The position numbers were made by a program, and so were the translations under genes. Shown here in pieces: positions 1 to 8,687 of a stretch of DNA of 64,000 nt (positions are counted from its first letter, which is position 1; each line of letters begins with the position of its first letter). Source of the DNA: Gammaproteobacteria bacterium (GTDB taxonomy: Bacteria; Pseudomonadota; Gammaproteobacteria; UWMA-0217). The stretch lies in the NCBI GenBank assembly GCA_026981985.1, contig JALSHZ010000031.1, positions 8,911 through 72,910 of the forward strand, read 5' to 3'. Below the pieces are notes generated by a model. The model was not told the DNA's origin. It ran no database searches and worked only from the letters and a program-made list of their open reading frames with translations.

Positions 1-901
1 TTGTGCTCAGTTGCAGTAATGGAATCTGATGCTGCTGCGTCAAGCTGCGGACACGGGCGTGGTGGTCACGAAAAAACGTTTCATATTGTTGGCGCACCCT
101 GGCTGAGGTGGTGTCGAGATAGCCAGTATTTTTACCATCGGTAACCGGGTATCGTCCTGGCGGTGGTGCCTGCATTTCCAGCGGGTCGATCGGCTGAATG
201 GCCACCACATCGTTGTGCTGCTGCAAGCGTCGTAATTGGTTGCCGGTGTCGTCATCGATGTCGTAGAAATCACTGATAATGAAAATCAGTGAACCGGGTC
301 GAATCGTTCTGCGCAGCCGTTTCAGGGCTTCGTTGAAATGGCCGTGCTTTGTTTCGCTGGCAAGACCGCGCAGTGGATCGGCATAGGTCACCAAGGATCG
401 GATCAGTGTCAGCGCGCCGCGTTGACCGCGGCGGGGGGGCAGTTCGCTATGGTCGCCATTAAACAGCAGCGCACCGACACGGTCGCCATTGTGGGCGGCG
501 GCCCAGGCGAGCAGGGTTGCAGTGCGTGCCGCAACGACCGACTTGAGTGCATTGCGCGAGCCGAAGAACAGGCTGGGGCTGAAATCGAGCAGCAGCACGA
601 CCGGGCGTTCGCGTTCTTCTTCATAGACCTTCACATGCGGCCTCCCGGCCCGTGCGGTCACGCGCCAGTCCATGCCACGAATATCGTCACCGGCCTGGTA
701 GATGCGGGATTCGGAGTAGTCCATGCCGCGGCCGCGAAATCGTGAACGGTGGCTGCCGGTGATGGCAGCGGTGGCTGGCAGCTTGCGTTCCAGCTTGAGC
801 TTGCGTGCCGGTTGCTGCAGTGCGATCAGCTCCTCCGTGGTGACATGGGTTGCGGAATTGAGCAGGCCGCTGTTGTCGTGGGTGCGGCTGGCGGTCGTCA
901 T
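1..901 (-). CDS. DUF58 (VWA-like) protein, MoxR partner. 3' end lies beyond the window start.
   Basis: Manual reverse-strand translation from ATG at 901-899 gives MTTASRTHDNSGLLNSATHV...VVLLLDFS...LIFIISDFYDIDDDTGNQ, open to position 2 with no stop. Starts 2 nt after the MoxR stop. Absent from the ORF track because it is unterminated. Confidence 0.7.
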   Translation of the reverse strand, partial: MTTASRTHDNSGLLNSATHVTTEELIALQQPARKLKLERKLPATAAITGSHRSRFRGRGMDYSESRIYQAGDDIRGMDWRVTARAGRPHVKVYEEERERPVVLLLDFSPSLFFGSRNALKSVVAARTATLLAWAAAHNGDRVGALLFNGDHSELPPRRGQRGALTLIRSLVTYADPLRGLASETKHGHFNEALKRLRRTIRPGSLIFIISDFYDIDDDTGNQLRRLQQHNDVVAIQPIDPLEMQAPPPGRYPVTDGKNTGYLDTTSARVRQQYETFFRDHHARVRSLTQQHQIPLLQLST

Positions 902-903
902 CG

Positions 904-1917
904 TCAGGCTACCGGGGTATGGCGGATCAGCGCATCGATGACCTGGTCGGGGGTGACGCCTTCGGCCTCGGCCTCGTAGGACAGCAGAATGCGGTGCCGT
1001 AGCACATCATGCGCGATGGCCTGGACATCCTCGGGCGAGACGTAGTCGCGTTCCTGCAGCCAGGCATGGGCGCGTGCGCAGCGATCCAGCGCGATCGTCG
1101 CGCGTGGGCTGCCGCCATAGCTGATCCAGCGGGCCAGATCGTCACTGTAGGGTTTGGGATCACGGCTGGCCAGAACCAGCTGCACCAGATACTCCTGCAC
1201 CGGTGCGGCCATGTGGAGGCCGAGCAAGGCCTGCTGCACTTCCTCGACCTGTACCTTGCTCAATTGGGGCATTTCTTCGGAGATCACCTCGTATTGCGTG
1301 GCGGCTTGCTTGCGCGCCAATTCGAGAATGGCGTGTTCATGCTTCGCCGAGGGGTAGTCGATCAGCACATGCATCAGGAAGCGATCCAGCTGGGCTTCCG
1401 GCAGCGGATAGGTGCCTTCCTGCTCGATCGGATTTTGCGTCGCCATGACCAGAAATGGTCGTGGCAGTTTGTAAGTGGTGCGGCCGACGGTGATTTGTCG
1501 CTCGCCCATGGCTTCGAGCAGCGCGGATTGCACCTTGGCCGGGGCGCGGTTGATCTCGTCGGCCAGAATCAGGTTGTGAAACAGTGGCCCCGGCTGGAAA
1601 ACGAACTCCCCAGTTTCCGGGCGATAGACATCGGTGCCGGTCAGGTCGCCGGGCAACAGGTCAGGCGTGAATTGAAGGCGGTGAAAATCGCCCTCGATCA
1701 TCTCTGCCAGGGCCTTGATCGCGGTCGTCTTGGCCAGCCCCGGCGCGCCTTCCACCAGCAAGTGGCCGTCCGCCAGCAGCGCGATCAACAGGCGGTCGAT
1801 CAGCGCCTCCTGGCCGATAATGCGTTCGCGCAGGTGTTTGCGTACTTCGAGAACCGCCGGCAGGTGGGCCTGCAGCGTATCGAGATGCTTCGTGGCTGTG
1901 CTGGGTTCGTTGGTCAT
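904..1917 (-). CDS. MoxR-family AAA+ ATPase
   Basis: 337 aa. Walker A GAPGLAKT. Conserved MoxR core (IIGQEALIDRLLIALL, ATQNPIEQEGTYPLPEAQLDRF). Confidence 0.9.
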   Translation of the reverse strand: MTNEPSTATKHLDTLQAHLPAVLEVRKHLRERIIGQEALIDRLLIALLADGHLLVEGAPGLAKTTAIKALAEMIEGDFHRLQFTPDLLPGDLTGTDVYRPETGEFVFQPGPLFHNLILADEINRAPAKVQSALLEAMGERQITVGRTTYKLPRPFLVMATQNPIEQEGTYPLPEAQLDRFLMHVLIDYPSAKHEHAILELARKQAATQYEVISEEMPQLSKVQVEEVQQALLGLHMAAPVQEYLVQLVLASRDPKPYSDDLARWISYGGSPRATIALDRCARAHAWLQERDYVSPEDVQAIAHDVLRHRILLSYEAEAEGVTPDQVIDALIRHTPVA

Positions 1918-2112
1918 CGTTATTCGTGTTCCGGTTCAGTAAGAATGTACCCGCGCGAAAAAGCGCGGTTGCGACAGAGGTTAGGGGTAGAGCGCGAGAA
2001 TTCAACCACGACAGGCGGGATTGCGGCGTTACGGTTTGTTCATATGTAACTGGGGAGAAATCTTGGGTAAGGGTGTGTTTGTGGGAGGTGATGTGGCAAT
2101 GAGGGCGTCGCC

Positions 2113-2682
2113 TCATTGTGTTCGTGCCTGCTGCCACAAATGGTGCTTGCCGATCGTTGTGTACCACTGCACAAATTGCTCGCGCGCCGACTGCCATCTG
2201 TCCGAAAGCGTGCTGCGCGGGTCGTCGCTCAGCGCATAGGCCATCCCCTCGATCAGCCACTCTGGCTTGAATAGCATGGTCAGCACGCCCAGTTCCTCGG
2301 CCTGACGGTGGTGAATCATTTCGTGACGGATGTAGTGTGCTTTCCAGCCGCGGGGGCTGACGACGATGCCTGATGTTCCCACCGTTGCTGCTGCGGCTCT
2401 GTTGAAACCAAACAATTGAAAGCAGTGTTGGGTCGCGCAAAAGATGATGCGGGGACGTTGCCGAAACGTTCCGACGGCGTTGGATACGAAATCCAGCGCC
2501 TCTTCATACAAGGCGAGTGCTTGTGGCGTCTTGCGGCTGTCGTCGATGCACAGGTCGGCGTGGGGGCAGGAGATGTCGTCAGCCAGTTGGGGAGCGAGCA
2601 CTCTCACGGGTTTGTACAGCGACCATGCGGCGATGGGTGCCACCGCCAGACAAAATGCTGTTATCGCCAGGGCTTTTTTCAT
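2113..2682 (-). CDS. Secreted hypothetical protein with HExxH (putative zinc-metallopeptidase) motif
   Basis: 189 aa. N-terminal signal peptide (MKKALAITAFCLAVAPIAA). HEMIHH motif near the C-terminal third. Confidence 0.5.
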   Translation of the reverse strand: MKKALAITAFCLAVAPIAAWSLYKPVRVLAPQLADDISCPHADLCIDDSRKTPQALALYEEALDFVSNAVGTFRQRPRIIFCATQHCFQLFGFNRAAAATVGTSGIVVSPRGWKAHYIRHEMIHHRQAEELGVLTMLFKPEWLIEGMAYALSDDPRSTLSDRWQSAREQFVQWYTTIGKHHLWQQARTQ

Positions 2683-2709
2683 TTGGTTGCCTCGGCGTGA
2701 TCGGCTCCC

Positions 2710-3315
2710 TCAGCAGACGTAGGAAAGCGTGATGGTTGCCTTGCCATCGTCTTCGAGAATCTTCACAACACGTTCGCGCCATAGCTGGGCAAAACGGCGC
2801 TTGGCCTCGCAATCTGCATCGCCTTGCATGATTTGTTGCATCAATGGCTTCATGTCGGGATCGGGTGGAATGGATGAAGGGTCGTAGCTGACGCCGACGC
2901 ATTTTTCGGTATCGGTGCGGGTAAAGATCCAGCGGCCGTCACCAGTGCTGCCGAAGCTGAGCAGGCCGTTGCGGGCGAATTTTCCAGCCAGCCCCCGAAA
3001 GCCGTTGTCTGCTGCTGCGCCCGTGATCAATGTCATGACTTGGCTGATCGGCCCATTGGTACCCGCATCGACCGGACCGGGTGCAGTGATTTTGATCTGG
3101 CCGCGAACCGGCGTACATTCTTCGTAGAGCGCTTTCAGTCCATGAATGGTCAGCAGAAAGGCACCGGCTACGGTGGGGCAGGCATGGCCAGAAAGCTTTA
3201 CGGCATCCATGAAGCGGTAGGTGAAATAGCCCTCGCCAGCGCCAAGTAGTTCCGCCAGCGGGTCGTGCAGTGCAATCGACGGTTGATCAGGGTAGAGGGT
3301 GTGCATGGATTTCAT
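2710..3315 (-). CDS. FmdE/FwdE-like domain protein
   Basis: GHACPtvAG motif matches the FwdE-family GHxCPG signature. Start moved to the internal ATG (MKSMH...) preceded by GGGAG 6 nt upstream. The longer ORF runs to 3429. Confidence 0.45.
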   Translation of the reverse strand: MKSMHTLYPDQPSIALHDPLAELLGAGEGYFTYRFMDAVKLSGHACPTVAGAFLLTIHGLKALYEECTPVRGQIKITAPGPVDAGTNGPISQVMTLITGAAADNGFRGLAGKFARNGLLSFGSTGDGRWIFTRTDTEKCVGVSYDPSSIPPDPDMKPLMQQIMQGDADCEAKRRFAQLWRERVVKILEDDGKATITLSYVC

Positions 3316-3454
3316 TGCTGCTCCCGAAATGAGTGGATAAGACCATTTTGCCGTGTTGTGAAGGCCATTGTACTGAGGCAGATCAATGAAGTCTCTGCGG
3401 GGGAGCTGTGGCACAGTATCGGGTGCCACCAGGAGGTTGGATTAAGCTGGATGG

Positions 3455-3519
3455 CTCACCAGTTCACTACTGCGGCCTCGCTACGCGACCCGGTGAGAAA
3501 TCCGGGTTAGAATCACCGC
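3455..3519 (+). repeat. REP-like family-3 element, copy 1
   Basis: ctcaccagttcactactgcggcctcgctacgcgacccggtgagaaatccgggttagaatcaccgc. Confidence 0.7.
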
Positions 3520-3765
3520 ATGTCGCATCAGCAACCAACATCAGGCCGGCTACGGGCCGAGAGCGTCGTGGAGCAGATTTGCAATCTTGGTTGCGCTGCC
3601 GTGTACCGTGTTCTTGACACCGTAGACCGGGGAGGGCAGCCCAGCGAGTTGGATGGTCTCGATGACGAGCTGCGAGTGCTCGTGTTAGCGGAGCTGCGCA
3701 GTGTAATGGCGGTATATGATGCGCGCGAGGGCGGCGCGGCCTGCAAGGTCGCTGGCTCGAATTGA
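3520..3765 (+). CDS. Small hypothetical protein (81 aa)
   Basis: Codon usage is coding-like (high GC3). Starts directly after REP-like copy 3455-3519. No recognisable family. Confidence 0.25.
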   Translation: MSHQQPTSGRLRAESVVEQICNLGCAAVYRVLDTVDRGGQPSELDGLDDELRVLVLAELRSVMAVYDAREGGAACKVAGSN

Positions 3766-3770
3766 GGGTT

Positions 3771-4628
3771 TCAAACCGCCTGCGGCGGTAGCTCCCTGAA
3801 GCCACGTTTGCGTCGTAGCCGGGCGGCCAGCCATGGCTGATGCGAGAACAGCACTTCCGTTTCGATACTGCCGTCGCGGTGCAGCACCAGTCGGCGATAG
3901 GCTGGTGTCTGCGCGGTAAAGCTGAGGTGTTCCGATTCTGGCAGAAACTGTAGGCAGGTGGATGGCGTGCCGAGTACCCTGATGTGCCCATGCTGGCGGT
4001 CGAGCTGCTGGTGGATGTGTCCACAGACAATGGTCTTCAGCTGCGGCACGGTGCCGAGTTGCGCCAGCGCCGCATCGGCGCCAATCATGCCGTGATGTGT
4101 ATCGAGCCATTCACTGCCAACCGGTAGTGGGTGGTGGTGAATGAACAGCGCAGCGTGATGTTGTGGAAACTTCTCTACCATTGCCTCGATCCAGCCCAGT
4201 TGGATCGTGGAAATCTCCCCCTGATCGACCCCCCGTCTGGAAGTGTCGAGAAACAGCAGTAACCAATCCTTTTTGATGATGAATCGCGGCATCGAGACTA
4301 CTTCGCCATCCAGCGCGGCGCTGAGCTGTTGTCTGTCGTCGTGGTTACCGGGCAGGCAGTAGACTGGCGAACCTTCGTCCTGCAGTAACCGGACGAACCG
4401 CCGGTAAGCCTCTGCCTCTCCCTTCTGGGCGATATCGCCCGTGACCACCAGTGCGTCGAAACAGGGCTCATTCACCTGGATATCGTCGAGCACGGTGGAA
4501 AGCGTTTCCGTGGTGTCGAGATCATCGCAATGCGGGCACCAGCCCAACCCTTCTTCAGGGTGTGCCTGCAAATGCAGATCGGTGATCTGGATGATCCGAA
4601 GAGGCTCCGCTTCTTCAATGATTGGCAT
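3771..4628 (-). CDS. cpdA: 3',5'-cyclic-nucleotide phosphodiesterase CpdA (metallophosphoesterase)
   Basis: 285 aa. Calcineurin-like motifs: ITDLH, GDIAQKG, GNHD, GHIH. Confidence 0.85.
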   Translation of the reverse strand: MPIIEEAEPLRIIQITDLHLQAHPEEGLGWCPHCDDLDTTETLSTVLDDIQVNEPCFDALVVTGDIAQKGEAEAYRRFVRLLQDEGSPVYCLPGNHDDRQQLSAALDGEVVSMPRFIIKKDWLLLFLDTSRRGVDQGEISTIQLGWIEAMVEKFPQHHAALFIHHHPLPVGSEWLDTHHGMIGADAALAQLGTVPQLKTIVCGHIHQQLDRQHGHIRVLGTPSTCLQFLPESEHLSFTAQTPAYRRLVLHRDGSIETEVLFSHQPWLAARLRRKRGFRELPPQAV

Positions 4629-4967
4629 CGGTTACTCCCTAGCTGGACAACAAGCGTGATGACGATAGCAGAAACATGTGAAGCTTTAATGACGAGGTTC
4701 TCAAGATGAATGAAAGCACCCGGCAGGCGTTCATGAGGTGGGGGCGGGAAGAATTCCCAGGTAGAAACCATGGGCAACAAGGGCCGGTTTCATCACCGGA
4801 ATAAACCCATGTTTATAAAGGGTTCTATCTTCGTTGCTATTTTCGAAGCTGATGGGCCAAGGCCATCTGACTGTAAGGATTGTTGCACTGTGTATGGTCC
4901 ATGGATGTTGCAATCAGTGTCTGCTGTTGTGCCCGTTTTCCGCCAATAAGGAACGTTCGACCGATTT

Positions 4968-5022
4968 GTTAACCCGGGTTTCTCACCGGCGCGTAGTGAG
5001 ACCGCAGTAGTGGACTGGTGAG
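4968..5022 (-). repeat. REP-like family-3 element, copy 2 (inverted relative to copy 1)
   Basis: About 90% identical to the reverse complement of copy 1. Confidence 0.7.
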
Positions 5023-5138
5023 AAAAGCGGGCCAAGGGTGCTCGCCGATCTGTCCAGATTCATTGCGCCGCCTGTTGTGTTTTATTGCTTTCCTGTCGTC
5101 GGTCGGGTTTTCCACCAAGCAAACAAAGGGGAACCAGT

Positions 5139-6653
5139 ATGAGAAAACACTATCTGCCGGTAGCGGGCGTGATGCTCGTGGCGCTGGCACTGCTATTGTC
5201 CGCTGGATCGGGCGTCGCCGCCGAAGCCGTGGCCCAGAAAGCGCCGGAGCAAAAAACCGAGGTCAAACAAATCGATGAAGAGAAGAAATTACAGGGCGAA
5301 TGTGTTGGCTGCCATATCAACGTGACGCCAGGCATCGTCAAGCAGCATCTTGGCAGCCCTCACGCCAACACCACCAACCAGGAAGATGAGGTGCTTTGCT
5401 CCAGTTGTCATGGCGAAAAACACACGGCCATGGATGACTGGAAGAAGGCCGAAATGCCGACCGCCGAGGTTTGCGGCGAATGCCATAAAAAACAGCATCG
5501 ACAACATGCTGAAGGCAAGCACAATTTGGGCTGGCTGGTAATGAAGTCACAGATTGCCTGGCATGGCCAGCCTGGCGCCATTGCCGGTGAAGGTTATCGC
5601 GGTTGTTCGGGTTGCCACAAAATCGGCAAAAAAGGCTTGCTGGGTGTGACCGACGGAAATACCGGCGAGGTCAAATACGATGGTGGCAAGGAAGAAGCGA
5701 AATATCGCTATGGCAATGTACAGTGTGATGCCTGCCATACCCGCCATAGTTTCAAGGTTTCGGAGGCGAGGGATCCGCGTGCCTGCTCAAACTGCCATAT
5801 GGGATTCGACCATCCCCAATGGGAAATGTACTCGTCAGCCAAGCATGGCGTGATCTGGGCAATCGAAGGGCATGAGGAGGGCGCTCGCGCACCGACCTGC
5901 CAGAATTGTCACATCATGGAAGGAGATCATGCAGTCAAGACACCCTGGGGATTCCTAGGCCTGCGTATTCCCACCAAGGAAAACGTGCTGGCGCTGATCA
6001 AAGCTGCGCCTTCACTAGAGCCGCAATTGACCAAGCTTGCTGCTGCGTTGCCGTCGGGCAACTATATCGATGTCGACGATGATCCCACCTGGACATTGGA
6101 TCGCGCGCTGATTCTCCAGGCTTCCGGTGTGCTGGATGAAAATCTGCAACCCACCGAGCGGTTTATCGAAATTGTCGTGCAGGCACAGGCGGCTCGTGGC
6201 CCAGACGAGTTCAACGAATTGCGGCAGAAAATGAAGGACAATTGCAATAAATGTCATTCGAAGGGGTTCGTTGATCTGCACATGAAGGCATCAGATGAAA
6301 TTCTGAAGGCTGCGGATCATGAATTTGCCAAGGCGATCAAGGCAGTGCAGGGGCTCTACAAGGATGGCATATTGAAAAAGCCCGAAGGCTGGAAATATGC
6401 GCCAGATTTATTGCAGTACTACGAGGCAAAGACAAAAATAGAGCAGGAGCTATACATGATTTTCCTCGAATATCGTCAACGCACTTTTCAGGGCGCATTC
6501 CACGCCAGCAACGACTACATGCACTGGTACGGTTGGGCGCCACTGAAGTCTGCTGTTGCGACGATTCTGGAAGAGGAGAAGAAATTACGGGCCGAGCACA
6601 AAGCCAAGCAGGCGGCGCAGGCTCATAGCGAGGAGGTGGCTGCAAAACGGTAA
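5139..6653 (+). CDS. Octaheme c-type cytochrome, hydroxylamine-oxidoreductase (HAO) family-like
   Basis: Signal peptide. Eight CxxCH motifs: CVGCH, CSSCH, CGECH, CSGCH, CDACH, CSNCH, CQNCH, CNKCH. About 505 aa. Good RBS AAAGGGGA before ATG 5139. Followed by a terminator. Confidence 0.75.
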   Translation: MRKHYLPVAGVMLVALALLLSAGSGVAAEAVAQKAPEQKTEVKQIDEEKKLQGECVGCHINVTPGIVKQHLGSPHANTTNQEDEVLCSSCHGEKHTAMDDWKKAEMPTAEVCGECHKKQHRQHAEGKHNLGWLVMKSQIAWHGQPGAIAGEGYRGCSGCHKIGKKGLLGVTDGNTGEVKYDGGKEEAKYRYGNVQCDACHTRHSFKVSEARDPRACSNCHMGFDHPQWEMYSSAKHGVIWAIEGHEEGARAPTCQNCHIMEGDHAVKTPWGFLGLRIPTKENVLALIKAAPSLEPQLTKLAAALPSGNYIDVDDDPTWTLDRALILQASGVLDENLQPTERFIEIVVQAQAARGPDEFNELRQKMKDNCNKCHSKGFVDLHMKASDEILKAADHEFAKAIKAVQGLYKDGILKKPEGWKYAPDLLQYYEAKTKIEQELYMIFLEYRQRTFQGAFHASNDYMHWYGWAPLKSAVATILEEEKKLRAEHKAKQAAQAHSEEVAAKR

Positions 6654-6687
6654 GCTATTTCGTCATCAGGCATTGGCATGCACCACT

Positions 6688-6724
6688 GCCGCTGTCGCCG
6701 CGAGGCGCCAGCGGCTTTTTTTTA
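6688..6724 (+). terminator. Rho-independent terminator after the octaheme cytochrome gene
   Basis: Stem gccgctg...cagcggc followed by a T9 run. Confidence 0.7.
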
Positions 6725-6726
6725 TG

Positions 6727-6860
6727 ACTCAAGTTTTGGAGTTCAGGTTGGAAAGCCAGCCAATTCCGGTGCCCCCCTTTTTTTTCGTAAAGGGAGTGGT
6801 TGGAGCAGCCAGACGATCGGTTTGGCGCAAATAAGGGGGTAAGCTGAGCAGTTACAAAGT
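6727..6860. repeat. Degenerate, chimeric fragment: MITE family-2 left end joined to a family-1 TIR-like end
   Basis: gactcaagttttggagttcag...ccctttttttttcgtaaaggg resembles the 7805 element. Ends ggcgcaaataagggggtaagctgagcagttac. The motif ggcgcaaa.a.ggggg....ctgagcagttac recurs at 24286-24322. Confidence 0.5.
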
Positions 6861-7133
6861 AAAAAGGGTCGGCATCCATGCCGACAATCGGGGGTAGGAG
6901 AGAATGTCAATGAAGTGAGGAGGTCAACGGCGTTGATTGCTACCTTGCCCGCCTCGTTTAAGTGATTCGCCGAGAATCAGGTCGACCACATCGTGATCGG
7001 TTTTTTGGGATTTGGAGGAAACGCGCCATTGCTGGAACTGTCACGCAACGGCGCGTGAATGATTGCTGGGACGGATCTGACGCTGACCCTGAGGTTAGGG
7101 CCAGTGTCATTACACTCAGCCTGCGTCAGTAAG

Positions 7134-7598
7134 TCAGTGACGCGGTCCGCTGTTGCCCATCGTGCTACGATCCGGGCGCTCAGCGTGCATGCCCAAGTCG
7201 GCGCGGTTTGGACGTTCACCACGCATACCCATGTCGGCATGGTCGGGTCGGTTGCCGCGCATGCTCATGTCGCCATGATCGGGGCGCTCGCCATGCATGG
7301 CCATTGCGCCATTTTCCGGGAGTTCGATGCCCGCTGCCGTGGCCCGTTCCTGAACCTTGGTGCGCATAGTTTCGCGTAATGCCTGACGCTCTTCCATGCT
7401 TTGTGCTGCTTGCATCTGGCCGCGGAACTCGGCCCGCTCTTCGGGGGTGATCAGTTCAGGATGGGTTCCGCTTACGCGTGAGGCTGTGATGTCCGTGTCT
7501 GTTGTCGTATCAGGGGTGCTGATGTCTGCGCCCGCGATACTTGTCGAGAGGCCAAGTGCCAACGCCAGTGCCGAGATTTTGAATGCTGAAGATTTCAT
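7134..7598 (-). CDS. Periplasmic CpxP/Spy/ZraP-like protein with C-terminal His/Met-rich repeats
   Basis: Signal peptide MKSSAFKISALALALGLS. LTxxQ-like helix (ITPEERAEFRGQMQAAQSMEERQALRE). Repeats MHGERPDHGDM / MRGNRPDHADM / MRGERPNRADL. GGAG RBS. Confidence 0.6.
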   Translation of the reverse strand: MKSSAFKISALALALGLSTSIAGADISTPDTTTDTDITASRVSGTHPELITPEERAEFRGQMQAAQSMEERQALRETMRTKVQERATAAGIELPENGAMAMHGERPDHGDMSMRGNRPDHADMGMRGERPNRADLGMHAERPDRSTMGNSGPRH

Positions 7599-7804
7599 TT
7601 TATTGCTCCATTCGTTAGTCAGTTTGATAGATGTCGATGAGTAAAAAGCGGGATTGCTCTTGAACTCATGATGCAAATGTTAGGGGAAACATGTTGCGCA
7701 GTGATTTCTGCTTTACGGATTATTGTTTCAATCTGTTTCGCTGTCAGTTGGAGGTGTTTCGTATGCAACGACCTGTGGTATTTCAAAATCATTGAGTATA
7801 TTAA

Positions 7805-8185
7805 AACTCAAGTTTCGGAGTTCAGATTTGCCCATCAGCCAGTTCCCCGGGAAAGGTGGAGGCTGGAATGTAGCTCGGTCGCGGAGGAGCCACCAAAAGC
7901 CTCCCTTTCGCAAAGGGAGGTTTGGAGGGATTGGTGCTGCGGAGTTTTGGTCTGGTGGGGTGGTATAAATCCCCCTCAATCCCCCTTTGGCAAAGGGGGA
8001 AGTTGTCAGAGGTGGCAGCCCTGTTTTCAGGGACAGCGCCGGTCTTGAGCGCGTGGCCACTGATTCATCGATTCTGATATGGTGACCCAGGAATCAACAA
8101 TACCACCTATTGCAACGCATTATTTGTTTTGCATCAACGGGTTGCTCACTGATTTAGATGCGACATGAACTCCGAAACTTGAGTT
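7805..8185 (+). mobile_element. MITE-like element, family 2 (381 bp)
   Basis: 20-bp terminal inverted repeats aactcaagtttcggagttca / tgaactccgaaacttgagtt. Internal perfect palindromes cctccctttcgcaaagggagg and ccccctttggcaaaggggg. No ORF. Confidence 0.7.
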
Positions 8186-8414
8186 AAAAAATGTTGAGCT
8201 TGTTTTAGTGGTGGGCTATCTATTGTTATTGCGCCGCCATGGCAGTTGATCCGTATGAAATCGTCGGGATTTGGAAGAAAAGTCCAGGTTGGGGCGATGC
8301 AAGCTGTCAAAACCGAGGGCTGGGGAGAGGAAAAGCCAAGAATTTTGGCTTCTGGTCTGTGTTCCCTCTCCCCGCGGGAGAGGGGATTTATGACATGATT
8401 AAGGCTGTTCTCTA

Positions 8415-8566
8415 GTAACTATTCAGTTGGCAGAAAAATGGAGCCGTAACTGCTCAGATTGCCGCTGAAACGCGTCAGATCAAGGCGGGAAATGTGAGTT
8501 TACAGGTGTAAATGACCATTTCCCAACGCAGAGATGGCGCGTTTCAGTGGTGAGCTGAGTAGTTAC
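8415..8566 (+). mobile_element. MITE family 1, short form (152 bp)
   Basis: TIR gtaactattcag / ctgagtagttac. 8-bp TSD gttctcta at 8407-8414 and 8567-8574. Confidence 0.85.
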
Positions 8567-8687
8567 GTTCTCTATTGATGATAAATTGCCAATAGAAAAT
8601 CTATCAATCTGTGCTTGTCATATTTACACGAGATATTTTGTTGTTCGATGGAATGGCCTGAGGTCTACGAGTTGAAACCAAAAGCCT

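Noticed and set aside
1009-2049. 346-aa ORF on the + strand
   Set aside because: Antisense to the MoxR ATPase gene.
3467-4030. 187-aa ORF on the - strand overlapping cpdA
   Set aside because: Pro/Arg/Ser-rich low-complexity translation in an alternative frame of cpdA.
4630-5138. Possible sRNA or small gene in the cpdA-cytochrome intergenic region
   Set aside because: Only short, poorly supported ORFs and a REP copy. There is no convincing promoter-terminator pair. Transcriptome data would be needed.
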